Source: Patellaria atrata CBS 101060 (lineage: Eukaryota). From it: a DNA stretch of 64,000 nucleotides. The notes under the pieces were generated by a model. That model saw only the letters and a list, made by a program, of their open reading frames with translations. It was not told where the DNA came from and searched no databases. The stretch spans positions 657,550 through 721,549 of the forward strand of contig MU006094.1 of assembly GCA_010093705.1 (NCBI GenBank), in the 5' to 3' direction. Position numbers and translations under genes: made by a program. Within the stretch, counting starts at the first letter, position 1; each line of letters starts with the position of its first letter. Below are positions 49,482 through 60,874 of the stretch, piece after piece.

Positions 49482-51150
49482 ATGCTGGAATTAGACGATT
49501 TTATTGAAGAGCGAGGCGGCGATCCCGCTAAGATCAAGGAGAGCCAGCGACAGCGAGGTGCCTCAGTGGAGCTCATCGACGAAATTATTGACTTATGGCA
49601 AAAAGCTCGTGCATGTGAGTAAAGATCCAATTGCGGCACTATATCTTAGCATTCAACTGACACCATGCAGCACAATACGAAGTGACACAATTCGGAAGTC
49701 AGATAAACGCGGTTCAGAAGCAGATTGGGCAGAAGAAGAAGGCCAAAGAAGACGCAACGGAACTATTACAGCAGAAGCTGGATCTTGAGCAGCAAAAAAA
49801 GGCACAGGAGGTTGTAGCGGCAACCAAGCAGAGCGAGTTGCGGCTTAAGGCCCGGACAGTGGGAAATTACGTGCACAAATCGGTACCTATCAGCAACAAC
49901 GAGGATGATAATAAGATCGAGCGGTCCTGGGTGCCAGAAGGGTTTGAGACTGGCAAAAAGCAACCTTTGTCGCATCATGAGGTTCTTTGGAGGCTTGGTG
50001 GTTATGATCCAATTGGAGGAGTGAAGCTTGTTGGTCACCGTGGGTACTGTTTAACAGGCTATGGCATGTTACTGTAAGCATTTCCCAGTCTCTAAAGACC
50101 ATAAAATTCTAAATGTCGGCTTAGCAATCTAGCATTGGTTAATTATGGGGTTGAGTTTCTCTTTTTAAAGGGTGAGTTAAGTTCTGTACACAAGTTCCGT
50201 TCCCTCCACTAATCGGTGACCCTTCAGGTTATACTCCGAATCAACCACCTTACTTCCTCAACCAGGAACAAATGGCAAAGACAGCCCAGCTCTCGCAATT
50301 CGACGAAGAACTCTACCACGTATCGGAAAGAGGAGCCACGGGGGGAAAGTCAGACCACTATCTCATAGCCACCAGCGAGCAACCTCTCTCCTGTCTTCAT
50401 TCCGAGGAATGGCTCCAACCTAATCAACTACCTATAAAATACTGTGGGTTTAGTACTTGTTTCCGAAAAGAAGCCGGTAGCCACGGTCGGGACGCTTGGG
50501 GCATTTTCCGCGTGCATCAGTTTGAGAAGGTGGAGCAGTTCATTCTCTGCCAACCAGAAGACAGCTGGAAGCACTTTGACGACATGATTGCAATTTCTGA
50601 AGAGTTCTACAAATCCTTAGGACTTCCCTACCGGGTCGTGAGTATAGTATCAGGTGCATTAAACAATGCGGCAAGCAAGAAGTACGATCTTGAGGCCCAT
50701 TTTCCATTTCAGGATGAGTACAAGGAATTGGTATCGTGTTCTAATTGTACAGATTACCAAACAAGAGATCTGGAGATTCGTTATGGATATAAGAAGGGTA
50801 AGAACGTTGTAGGAGGCGGTAAGAAGGAGTATGTGCATGCTCTAAATGCGGTATGTTATTCTTTTCACCTATTATTCTATTCCCCGTTATGTCCTAATCT
50901 TCCCTCATCTCAGACCTTGTGTGCTACCGAACGAACGCTATGTTGCGTCTTGGAGAATTGGCAAGTGGAGAATGGCCTAAAGGTTCCGGATGTTCTTCGA
51001 AAGTATATCCCAGGGCAACCTGAATTCATTCCCTTTATCAAAGATGCACCATCGGAACAGGCGATCCACAAAGCTGCGCCTGGTACATTGGACAACATTC
51101 AACCAAAGAACAATAATAAGGAAGACAAGACCACTGTCCCTATGCGATGA
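49482..51150 (+). CDS. SES1: Seryl-tRNA synthetase, cytoplasmic type; introns 49615-49670, 50074-50124, 50172-50227 and 50851-50913
   Basis: [71 protein letters not shown]. Confidence 0.97.
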
Positions 51151-52200
51151 AAAGATTATAATTCTTGATTTCGGTTTGTCGGGCAGGGTTCCAGGGGGAT
51201 TCCTTTTCCTTCTCATTATACTCTAACCAAAAAAGGAATTGGACTTCCTATCCTTAGGGTCACGGACCAGGCGTATGTAACAGAAGCATACTGTGAGCAT
51301 CATGTGGGACGCTAATGGGATATCTTATACACTCCTACATAGACAGTCACCATGAGGTTATGGAAAGAAACGCACGATCGAGCTCTTCTTGATTACGAAT
51401 GATGGATCCCACACATATGCAAGAAGCTCAGAAACCATGTTTGCCACAATCAAATATCTTGTAGCTGTTCAAGTTTTCTGTAATTTACATCCATTGACAT
51501 TCGAATAAAGTTGATGACCCAACCCTCAACCCCTTGGACGCACGTTCTTATTACAGCTTCTGTCATCGTAGTATGCATCCTAGCTCTAGAACTATTTCCA
51601 GGTTCGAAGATCCGACCTGCATATACTGTAGAGATAACCTTATCAGCAAATTGATTGTAAGTCAGATGAGAGTACCTTATTATATCCAGTTGTCTCGTCA
51701 ATTCCTTCCATCTGCCGAAATCCAGTCCCAGTTCAGAATGTACGGCTATTGAGTAAGGGTAGATCATTGCATCACACACCAACAATCAAAAGAGTCTTGT
51801 CTACAATTCGGACAGAAGGTTGTTAACACTACCCTCCTACTTGGCCGATCTTGGACAAGAAAATAAAAGGTCAAGTCTCTTATAAAGGTGTTTCGCGTGG
51901 TCGTTAATGCTGGCCGACAGGGTTTTATGTAAATTGCACTTTACTTAGTCGATAGTAATATTGTTTTGACCAATAAGACGTTTAATTGCAACGTCAAATA
52001 CCAAGACTACATAGATTATTATCCAAAGTGGAGGTAAACTCTTAAATGGTTGGCGATATCCCCTCTTTTCAGACATAATTATCCCGGGTTGATATATAGT
52101 TGTCTGCTTTTCTCTTATATTCCGGACTTCTCGTTTACCACATTGAATTTCAGATCCATAAGAAAAGACTCAAGTTATAAAGGACTGTCCAAACTTGAAG

Positions 52201-52796
52201 ATGCGTCTCAGTCTATTGCTTCCTGCGCTATTAGCTCCTCTAGGAGCCCTCGCCGCTCCCGCTCCTATCGAGCATTCAGCTCTGGTAGAAAGACAACAGC
52301 GTCCCACGAAGCCAAAGCCATGTCAACCTATGGTCCCAGCACCGACCGAGGAAGAGACCAAAGCCAGACATGAGAAGTTTGCCCATGCTTTCCTGGTCAC
52401 TAAGAACATCACTGAAGCTTTCACCTACATTAACCAAGGATACATTGTACACAGCCCCCGCCCCATCTCTCTCCGTTAGACAACATATTAAATTCTAACG
52501 GCTCTGGTAGAATCACAACCCGGCCGCTCAGAATGGATTTGATTCTGCGTGGAACATCCTGAGTCCGATCTGGGGAAACCAGCAGATTACGGTCCTCCGT
52601 ACGACGTTCAAGGGTAATCAGGGATGGTTGAATTATCGCAGCGGATTTGGTACGGTCGTTGACCGGTATAGGTGGGAAGCTGGATGCATTGCCGAGCACG
52701 TAAGTTTTGCTGAATCGGTGGAATTTTGATACGGTACTAATCTTTGTGTAGTGGGATCAAGGGGAGCAGTTCCCTTCGAACAGGACCGCCGTTTGA
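52201..52796 (+). CDS. Small secreted SnoaL/NTF2-like protein; introns 52447-52510 and 52700-52751
   Basis: Signal peptide and VER pro-region; FAHAFLVTKNITEAFTYI...YINHNPAAQNG...VVDRYRWEAGCIAEHWD. Confidence 0.82.
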
Positions 52797-53778
52797 TAGA
52801 ACGATGACCCTAGAGATGAATGAATTTAGTGAAATGGTCAACTAAACGTTGATTTTGTACCATGATAATTATTATTTTAACATGATTTACGCTCATTTTC
52901 AATGATAACACACCGTACCTGAAAGTATGATAGCACATCGACTAGTGTGCAACATGCGCGACGTTTATTTGTTTCTTCTAGGGATATTAAGTTTATAATC
53001 ATTACCAGGTTTTCTTTTTAACTACCCCGGGTTCCTTTTTATCGCTTTCATCTTTTGGAAGAAGTGGTTTAACGAGCACAAACAGCCATAGAGTAACATC
53101 ATTTTTCTTAAATACCGCTAACGTAGACCTTTCTCTGACTGAAACAAATACTCCGCAAATGCGGCCGTTGGTCTTTAGCAAGGGTTAAGCTGGAGAGTAC
53201 AGTTGGTAGCTGTCGTTGGGTACAGTCTGAACCGTGTTGTTCAGTATAAGGACTAGGTTTTGAAGCTTGTAAAACGAGAAAAGCAAAGACTAATCTCATA
53301 TATTGTCTTTTATGGAGTACAGATTAGGAAACTGGGTATCGACGTGCTGTTGTGAGTAGTAGAATTCCGCTCCTGGGAAAGAATAAGTTGGTAACCCATG
53401 AATTGAGAGAGTGTAATGATGTTGAAGAAGGAAATCTGCGCCAAATAAGACGCGAAGGACACGGTTACCTAATGAGGTTAGATGAGGGCGCTGACGTACC
53501 ATATTCTTCACCCGGACTTCTCCTTTCACGTTCGAAACTATTTTCAATTCCCTTCTGACCTTGTCCACACAAAAGTTGATGCACAGTCATTCGAAAGGGA
53601 AAGAGCTGAGACGATCCATGACTATTCGAATATTTGGTTTTGGGAATTTGAATATGACCCAAATGTGCGGTGAGGGGAGCCGAGAAGTAGATGATTAATT
53701 CTAGGGTCAGAGACGATCTCCACTGTATTGTAACAGGTTTGATTCTTTATTCTACAACAATCGTTGGAGTCAAACATC

Positions 53779-54752
53779 ATGATACCCCCGCTTATTACCC
53801 TTGAAGAGCTTTTTTTTCAGTCAGGCCGCTCTAGATGGCGAGAATTCTAACTATTCCGAACAGCTCAAACACATCCCAGGGGTAGCGGAAGCTTTGCGAG
53901 ATCTAGGACCTCTCCGACTTTAACATATGGAGACGGGAAGAGTGACTATGCCAGTCATCTCCCATGGACTGGGCTAGATAGAGGCAGAGCAATGTCGCGC
54001 CGCGAACCAGCAACTAGCAGATGCCATTACGGCGAATCCGACTCGTTTTACAGGCTTCGCTGCTTTACCGGTATCCGACCCTATTGCATGCGCCAAAGAA
54101 CTATCGTACTGTATCAAAGACCTCGGTTTTGTAGGGGCGCTGATCGATAAGCATAACCAGGGAAAGCATTATGAGGGATCAGAGTACTTCGCGCTTTAGG
54201 AAACAGCAGAGGCGCTAGATGTACCGATCTACCTTCATCCAAGTTGGTCGACGGATAGTCTGAAGTCAGTGCTGTATTCGGGAGAGATATCTGCCGCAGC
54301 TTCGACATCATTAGCTTCATCAGGCTTCGGCTGGCATTCTGATGTGGCAATGCATGTACTCAAGCTGTTTGCTGCCGGAGTTTTCAACAGATTTCCCCGA
54401 CTGAAGATCATAGTTAGGCATATTGGTGAGATGTTACCATTTATGCTAGATCGAATTATACAACTATCCTCCAAGATGGGGGAAACGGGATTGTGTATTC
54501 GGAGAGGTCTATGACAAAAATATATGGATTACGACGAGCGGAGTTTGGAGTGTTGATCCTATGGCTTGCATACTATGGAACACTAGGATCGACTATATCT
54601 TGTATAGTGTGGACTATCCATTTGCTACTAACGAAAATGGCCTCAAATTTGTCGAGGATCTCGCGACGAGCGGACTAGTCACGGAGAAAGAATTGGAAAT
54701 GATCGCATATAAGAATGCGGAGGTAATATTGCGACTTCAAATGTGTACATGA
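53779..54752 (+). pseudogene. Amidohydrolase-2 family (aromatic acid decarboxylase-like) pseudogene
   Basis: LITLEE, RFTGFAALP, LGFVGALI, LDVPIYLHP, GFGWH, FPRLKII, WITTSG, YSVDYPF. Frameshift in the T-run near 53810, stops TAA 53921, TAG 53975 and TAG 54197, and a second frameshift near 54475. Confidence 0.85.
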
Positions 54753-55302
54753 ATTGGCTTTGTCGATCGAACGGAAATAATGTGGTACCAGGATATTGTT
54801 GGAAAGCTCTCTCTGAAATTAACCCCTAATGAATCCGATCCCTATATGCTCCTAAAGAAACAAATAACTGTCACTTAACAGTGGATTTGGAGTTAACAGA
54901 TCAGGCTCAAATCTTACTCATTGTCCATCAGGTCTATCTTGTTATCTTACATATGGCGCCTATTATCAGGGTAAAATTACTCAACGGCTGCAAAAACGGG
55001 TACAGTACTCCTTTTTCAACACCCGAGATATCGTTTCGTAGCATTCTTCCTTTGCTATATGCGAGTCTTCACGTAACTTTAGTTCGGATATAATTGTGTG
55101 TCGATCTCATCCTAAGTTGTAATCACTGCTCTTAGACTTGCCTCTATAGATACCCAGGTCGCGAAAACTTTCCCATTTCTTCTTGCTAAGGAGAACTGAC
55201 GCTGCGATCTTCATGGGAGGCTGATGAATTTGCCTCTTCTCTTTCATCACTTCACTTGTTCAAATATCAGTCCAATTCTTCCTTCTACTCCTACTGTATA
55301 AA

Positions 55303-56705
55303 ATGACTAGTTCTAATGTTACCGAAAATCTTTTCGATTGCATGCAATATGCGGTTAACGTGTCGAATGCATCTGCATTAGATAGCTATCTGTACTGCGA
55401 CTACTATCGAGGAGACGTATTTGCAGGCGACTTCTACATCGACGTAAATGACTTCCGTTGCAGCTGTCTTGAGTTTTGCGAATGCCCGCCATTTGACGCG
55501 GACCCAGACATTGCGGGAATAGGGGTAAGGCATGATTCTACCGCAAGGTGCCGTAGAGGCTCTAGTTGTGACAGTCTTCAGGTTTTGGCCGCTTTCGTTG
55601 TAACATCAGCTCTCACCATGATTGCTACGGCATTATATCTCGTGTTGACCCGTAGTAATCACCCAGAGACCTGGAATCCGATCGATAAGATTGTTCGGAA
55701 ACCCCTAGACTTTATACGCGAGAAGTCAGCCACCTTGACCTCGTTGGAAGATAACGATCACCCTTTAGTTCAGTGTATTTTTGATCTTATCATTAGTCTG
55801 AGCGACACACAACTCATCTTAGGAATCGCCATGCTTTCTAGTGCGCTTATAAAATTACATCAAGATACGATCACAGTGTATCATTTCAACACAATCGCCA
55901 ACCTTGCATGGCTTAGTTCTGGTGTGCACCTTTTGACTTTATCAGTCATTAGGTTGGAGTTGATCGGAAGTGCCAAACCGGCGCAAAGAGTTTCACCCAG
56001 CAAGAAAATCTACCCTGTCGTAATAATCCGCGTTGCATGCATGCTCCTTCTTGCCGCTCTTCTTCTGTATTGCTCTTGGGTCTCCGGGTACGGGGGATGG
56101 TACAACAGGTTCGAATGTCCCGCGGAATGCACCATCGGTCTTAGAAAAGGCGGCGAGCCCCTACAGTGGACTATCGTTAACTTCGTACTCATATTATATG
56201 CTTATCCAGGTGCTGTCTTCCAGCTATGGGCCTGGGGAAAAAAGAAATGGATAGATAAATTTAGGCATCGGATAATCGACAAAAAAGGCGGAATTAATGG
56301 AGATGTGAAACCTATTGAAGGTGATGTTAGCAAAAGAACGCCTTTGATGATTATCAAGGACATATTAGTTCTCCTGTTTTGGTATGTGCGTACTTCCGAG
56401 ATTGTTGAAGTTCTGTTAGCCATTACTTGGTTCTCTCTTGGGTTCTATTGGACCTTCAGCGACCGACACAGCATGCATCAGTACATGGAGGAGAATGCAA
56501 GAGATGAGGAAAACACAATTAACGGATTTGGCCAACTTGTTCCTCTATTTCTTCTGTTGGCGCCACTTCTCCAGCTCTTGGAGTCCTGGGCAGGTCAAGC
56601 CGGTGAGTCCAGTTTGCCCCAGACGACAACCAGCCTTCCGAATGAAATTGTAGTCTAATACAATTAGGTCGTTCTGCACATCGATCAGATCATGCGAATA
56701 TATGA
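55303..56705 (+). CDS. Fungal multi-pass membrane protein (DPDIAGIGV family); introns 55525-55581 and probably 56603-56667
   Basis: DADPDIAGIGV..AF, LSDTQLILGIAML, VYHF....LAWLSSGVHL, GFGQLVPLFLL; about seven hydrophobic helices. Confidence 0.8.
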
Positions 56706-57257
56706 TTACTCGTATGTCTGCATACTGTCATGGGGTAGTGTGCCATAGTGCTAATGGGAAAGAGGGAGCTAGAAAAAAGGGGTCACAGATATAAGATCAG
56801 ACGGAAGGGGATTCATTATCGTTCTCATTCTTTCTCAATACACTGTTGCTTGTAGTACTCAGTCTTACTGCATACTGTGATTCAGAATAGCCTTTGTCTA
56901 CTGAGCACGGAAGATATCATGCATACGACTATTAACCACCACGAACATACATGGGATATCTGGTAACGACTTCTACTATCCTACCCCCTCACAATACTAA
57001 GGGTAGAAGAACTCGCAAAGACGGGACTCCCCAGATTGATATTTCCCCTATCATTATTTTCCTTAAGCTCCTAAGGTGTATCATACTAGTAAGGGCGTTG
57101 AGTTTATCGACGCATTGCCTAATTAAAGGGTGAAATCTTGCTGCATCACATTAGGTGTATGCAAATCAAGCCAAATCACGACTACACTCTAGAACCTTCA
57201 GCAAGTGAAGACAAGTCAGCTCATAACCCCCCAGCCACTCTCTCCTTCACCGAACTC

Positions 57258-57357
57258 GGGCATGTGGCCGAGTAGGTAGGCATCTCGTCTACCTGTAGTG
57301 CTGTCACAGATTGACTTCCATAGCGGAGTCACCTGAGTTCGATTTTTGGTGTTTTCT
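57258..57357 (+). pseudogene. Degenerate tRNA-like element with probable intron (anticodon uncertain, possibly TAC/Val)
   Basis: GGGCATG acceptor-like start, A box TGGCCGAGTAGG, D-stem GCC/GGC, B box GAGTTCGATT at 57335-57344, oligo-T terminator from 57357. Acceptor, anticodon and T stems pair poorly. Confidence 0.5.
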
Positions 57358-57885
57358 TTTTTTTCCCCTGTTTCTGGTGCCTTGATCTGTCTAGCGTTCT
57401 ATCTGGTGTTATTGGATCTCTTTCTTTTGGGGGGATCAGGTCGGGGTTGTCAAGTTATGAGTGATGATTGCGGTCAGTATAATTACTATAGCAGGACTAA
57501 GGGGATGGTTTTGACACCGCTTCTAGCGAATTGATGGACACTTCAGAAAGCTTCACGATATGAGTTTACTCGCCATGATAATCTTATTCGTTATGAAAGG
57601 GTCGGGTTCCTCATTTTATAATTGCAAGCCACAAAACGGCTTTATCTTTGTCTTTTCCTTGTCCGTGATTACGTTCCCTTTGTCTTCATGAAAAGCCTTC
57701 AAGCAAAATTTCTATCAATAGCACCACCAACAACAATAGCCTTTGTAAATGCAGCTCAGTATATAAGCGAGGGTATCTTTCTCTCCGGCATAAAATTAAA
57801 ACGGTGTACAACAAGATTTCAATCCATAGAAAATATTCAAAAGTTTTATCAGGACAACTCGATTTACCCCTATCACGATTACATT

Positions 57886-58341
57886 ATGCATATCTTTGCT
57901 CTTCTCACACTTATGCCCCTACTCGTATCGACGACACCGACACCTGAGCCATTCAATGTCAGAAAAGCCCCATGGTTCATCAAGTCACATCAATCAAAGT
58001 ACGAGTCACTGTCGTTCTGCGGCGAGGTTGACTATTTCGGAGCGAGTGCCCCCGACCCTAATGCCAGACCCATAAACGTCAACTGCGAAACTTACCGTCT
58101 TGAGGCCAGCCTCACAGGGCAGTGTCGTAGACTCCACGAGAAAATGAATAGAAAGTCCAAGTCTTGTTACTTAGGCAAGCAACCAAGATCCAGGACTATG
58201 TGCCGCCTTTATGCTGATACGGGATGCTTTGGAATTTATAGGGTGATCCAATACGGGGATATGAAGAACATGGCGGAATTCGCATGGGATAACACGGTCC
58301 AAAGTTTTGCTTGTTACCCTAATTCTCAGGCGGGGATTTAG
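57886..58341 (+). CDS. Small secreted Cys-rich protein with beta/gamma-crystallin-like signature
   Basis: Signal peptide MHIFALLTLMPLLVST; CRLYADTGCFG...MKNMAEFAWDNTVQSFAC resembles the Greek-key C-x-LY-x-D-x-x-C-x-G ... W-N/D-D-x-V-x-S-F motif. Confidence 0.7.
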   Translation: MHIFALLTLMPLLVSTTPTPEPFNVRKAPWFIKSHQSKYESLSFCGEVDYFGASAPDPNARPINVNCETYRLEASLTGQCRRLHEKMNRKSKSCYLGKQPRSRTMCRLYADTGCFGIYRVIQYGDMKNMAEFAWDNTVQSFACYPNSQAGI

Positions 58342-58625
58342 AGGATTTTCTTCTGTTGGTTTTCTTCTCTTTTGGTTTTCTTCTTTTTGTTTTCTTCTTT
58401 TTGGTCGGTAACCGCAGGTCAGGATATGTAATGATACGGCATCGGTTCAATGTAATTTGGTGTATTAAAAAGCTCCTGGGATGGGGTTTACGTTTTCGAT
58501 ATATTCCCTCCGTATGTAAAGTACATTGGCCGTGTGAGAAACAACCTGATTATTTGCCCCTATAGTCCTAATAGCCAATTTTGCTCGTCTATGGTATACG
58601 TACCCGAAATCAGTAAATACGCAGT

Positions 58626-60874
58626 TCAAATTTCTTCCGGATCTTCAGCATAGTTGATTTTGCGCGCCGTTCGCGCGCTTTTCCTCTCCCCTTTTTGCTT
58701 TATTGCGGAAAGAGGAGGCGGAGTCTGAATGCCTTCAGATTTTAATTCAAGATCATCTTCATCCTCGTCGGATGTCGAAGGCGTGGGAACGGCTCTTGCA
58801 CGCTTCTTCGCAATTGGCGTCTTAGTAGCTGATCGCTTTGCATTCGGAGTCAGGTCCACTGTAGGGACTTTGATAGGATTAACGGTACTGGTCGCAGATC
58901 CCGTAGCTTTCTTTGGTGGAACGCTCTTCTTTCCCGCTTCGTCTTCATCTTTTCTCTTCAGTACCCGTTTTACTGGTCTAAGCCACTCTTCCATACCAGG
59001 AGGCCAATATACTCTGCCTTCTGGACCACCCATACCCACCTCGCTCTCTGGAACAACAGCTCTTTTAGATTCAACACTTTCTTCCGCTTCGCCGTTTTCA
59101 ACTTCTTGTGCCTTCTTTTTAGAGGGCGCTTTCTTCTTCGCTGGGACACGCACCGGTTTATTGTCATCGTTGCGTGCATGAGGAATCATATCATTAATTC
59201 TATCAAACCCTGGTAACTTGAATGTACGCATCAGTTCAAAAACAGCTTGTTCTTTGTCTTTAGCCTCGATCATTAAATCCATGGTATCGGGGCACGGGGG
59301 TAAGGTCGAAACTCTAGGAGCATGCTTCCTCCTATCCCTCCCCGTGATTGCTGAAGGTGTAGGTTCACTGTAGTGCATCTTTGGAGTGATCTTCTTGCGT
59401 TTCCATGTCTCAAGAATGGCTGGATAAAGGTCTATGATATCTTTCGTCCCTTCTCGAATCTTATCAGCATCAAAGATGATGTTGTGATGATGAAAGTCTA
59501 AAACAAGAGGAATATTCATCTCTTGGCAGAGAGGAAGTAGATCGTGAACGGACCAGCTAACATCATCGTTTTCGAGAACAAGACGCTTTTTGATCGACGG
59601 AGAAAGATGACGATAGTTCTCTCGGAATCGATCGAGGGTTGCGGCTTTATCACCGAAAACCCCGCCGAGATGAAGTATCATTACAGCATCGCGGTCCATC
59701 TGCGGAGGTAGTTCGAGCAGGGAAAGCATCTCATCGTGATATTCAAGATCACGGATTGCGTTTTCAATAACTACTTGACGCGGAGAGCCAAGTTGAGTAA
59801 ATTGCCCGGGATGTGTCGTAACCCTATGGCCTAAATCTGCCACTACTTTTCCTACTTCTTTCAATGTCTCTTTTGCGAAGGGTGATAACTTGTATCCGTA
59901 CTCCTCGTGACTAGCGAATGGAAACATCTCGCTACTCAGTCTCATGAACTTAATACCATATCGATCATTCCACTTTAGCATTTTGATGATGTCTCTCGCA
60001 TTTGCTAGACCAATACTTTCAACATAAGCTTGACCTTTCGCTATATCAGCCGGTTGATCTTTGTCTGGTCTGTTCTTAGTGGCATGTTCGGGTTTAGAGG
60101 GGTCTTTGAGGGGATGTCGGTGTTCCAGAATCGAAGCTATGCGGCAAGTGCGTGAACTGAAAACTGGAGGATTCGAGTATCGAAGATAGGTGTTGAGACA
60201 AGCCTGAAGAGTATTAGCAATGTCAAAGCATAGGAAATGCTCTGTAAACTAACATATCCTAATCGACCCTTCCAGGGTAATGGCAGGTATTCACTATTAA
60301 CGGCAAGTGGCCGAGACAAGGCACTTTTGATCTCCTCCTCGTCTGCTTCTTCCTGTTGTTCTTCTCCTTCTATTTCTAAGTCTCCGGGCACTGCAGCTTC
60401 GTTCTTTAATTTTTCGGTATTTACCGATAGCTCGGGCGGGAGCGCTTCGTTTACCTGTGAGCTCTTACTGACCCGTCCGTGAGCTACTTTTCGCTTCTTC
60501 CTTTCTAGCACGGGCTCAGGAATATCTGACAATGGTGAGTCTGAAACATCCTCAGGCTTGAGGATTCCCGTAGGAATGATTTGATCTGCTTCTCCATCGG
60601 GTGAAGCTCTGAGAGCATCGGGTGCATCTAATACATCGCCGTTGACGTCTGGGTTTACAGAGATCTTCGAAGTGCGTGCTGAGGTCCTTCTATGAGGCTT
60701 TGCCGGCTGTTGACGACGTATATTGGATGGTAGAGGCACTGGTGTCTGAATACTACTTGCTGTGGGTACATTCACCATCGATCGCTTTCGTTTCGCCACC
60801 ATTATGAGAAATCTCGATGTCGATTTTAGTCTGTAAGTGAACGGCAAATATGATCTAGTTAACAACAATAACAT
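58626..60874 (-). CDS. UVE1: UV-damage endonuclease UVDE (Uve1/Mus-18); intron 60204-60253; in-frame ATGs at 60874 and 60802
   Basis: PLPWKGRLGYACLNTYL, FMRLSSEMFPFASH, RVTTHPGQFTQLGSP, RLVLENDD, LVLDFHHHNI, PKMHYSE, DLMIEAKDKEQAV. Confidence 0.96.

Noticed and set aside
51450..51785. 111-aa minus-strand ORF after SES1
   Set aside because: No recognisable family or clear start; may be a relic but cannot be supported.
12188..54752. Alternative genetic code or systematic stop-codon recoding as the explanation for the many in-frame stops
   Set aside because: All three stop types terminate intact genes normally, conserved genes contain no internal stops, and most interrupted genes also have frameshifts.
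57622..57885. Upstream extension of the 57622-58341 ORF
   Set aside because: TTG-started, AT-rich promoter-like sequence containing a TATA-like element; the signal peptide begins at ATG 57886.
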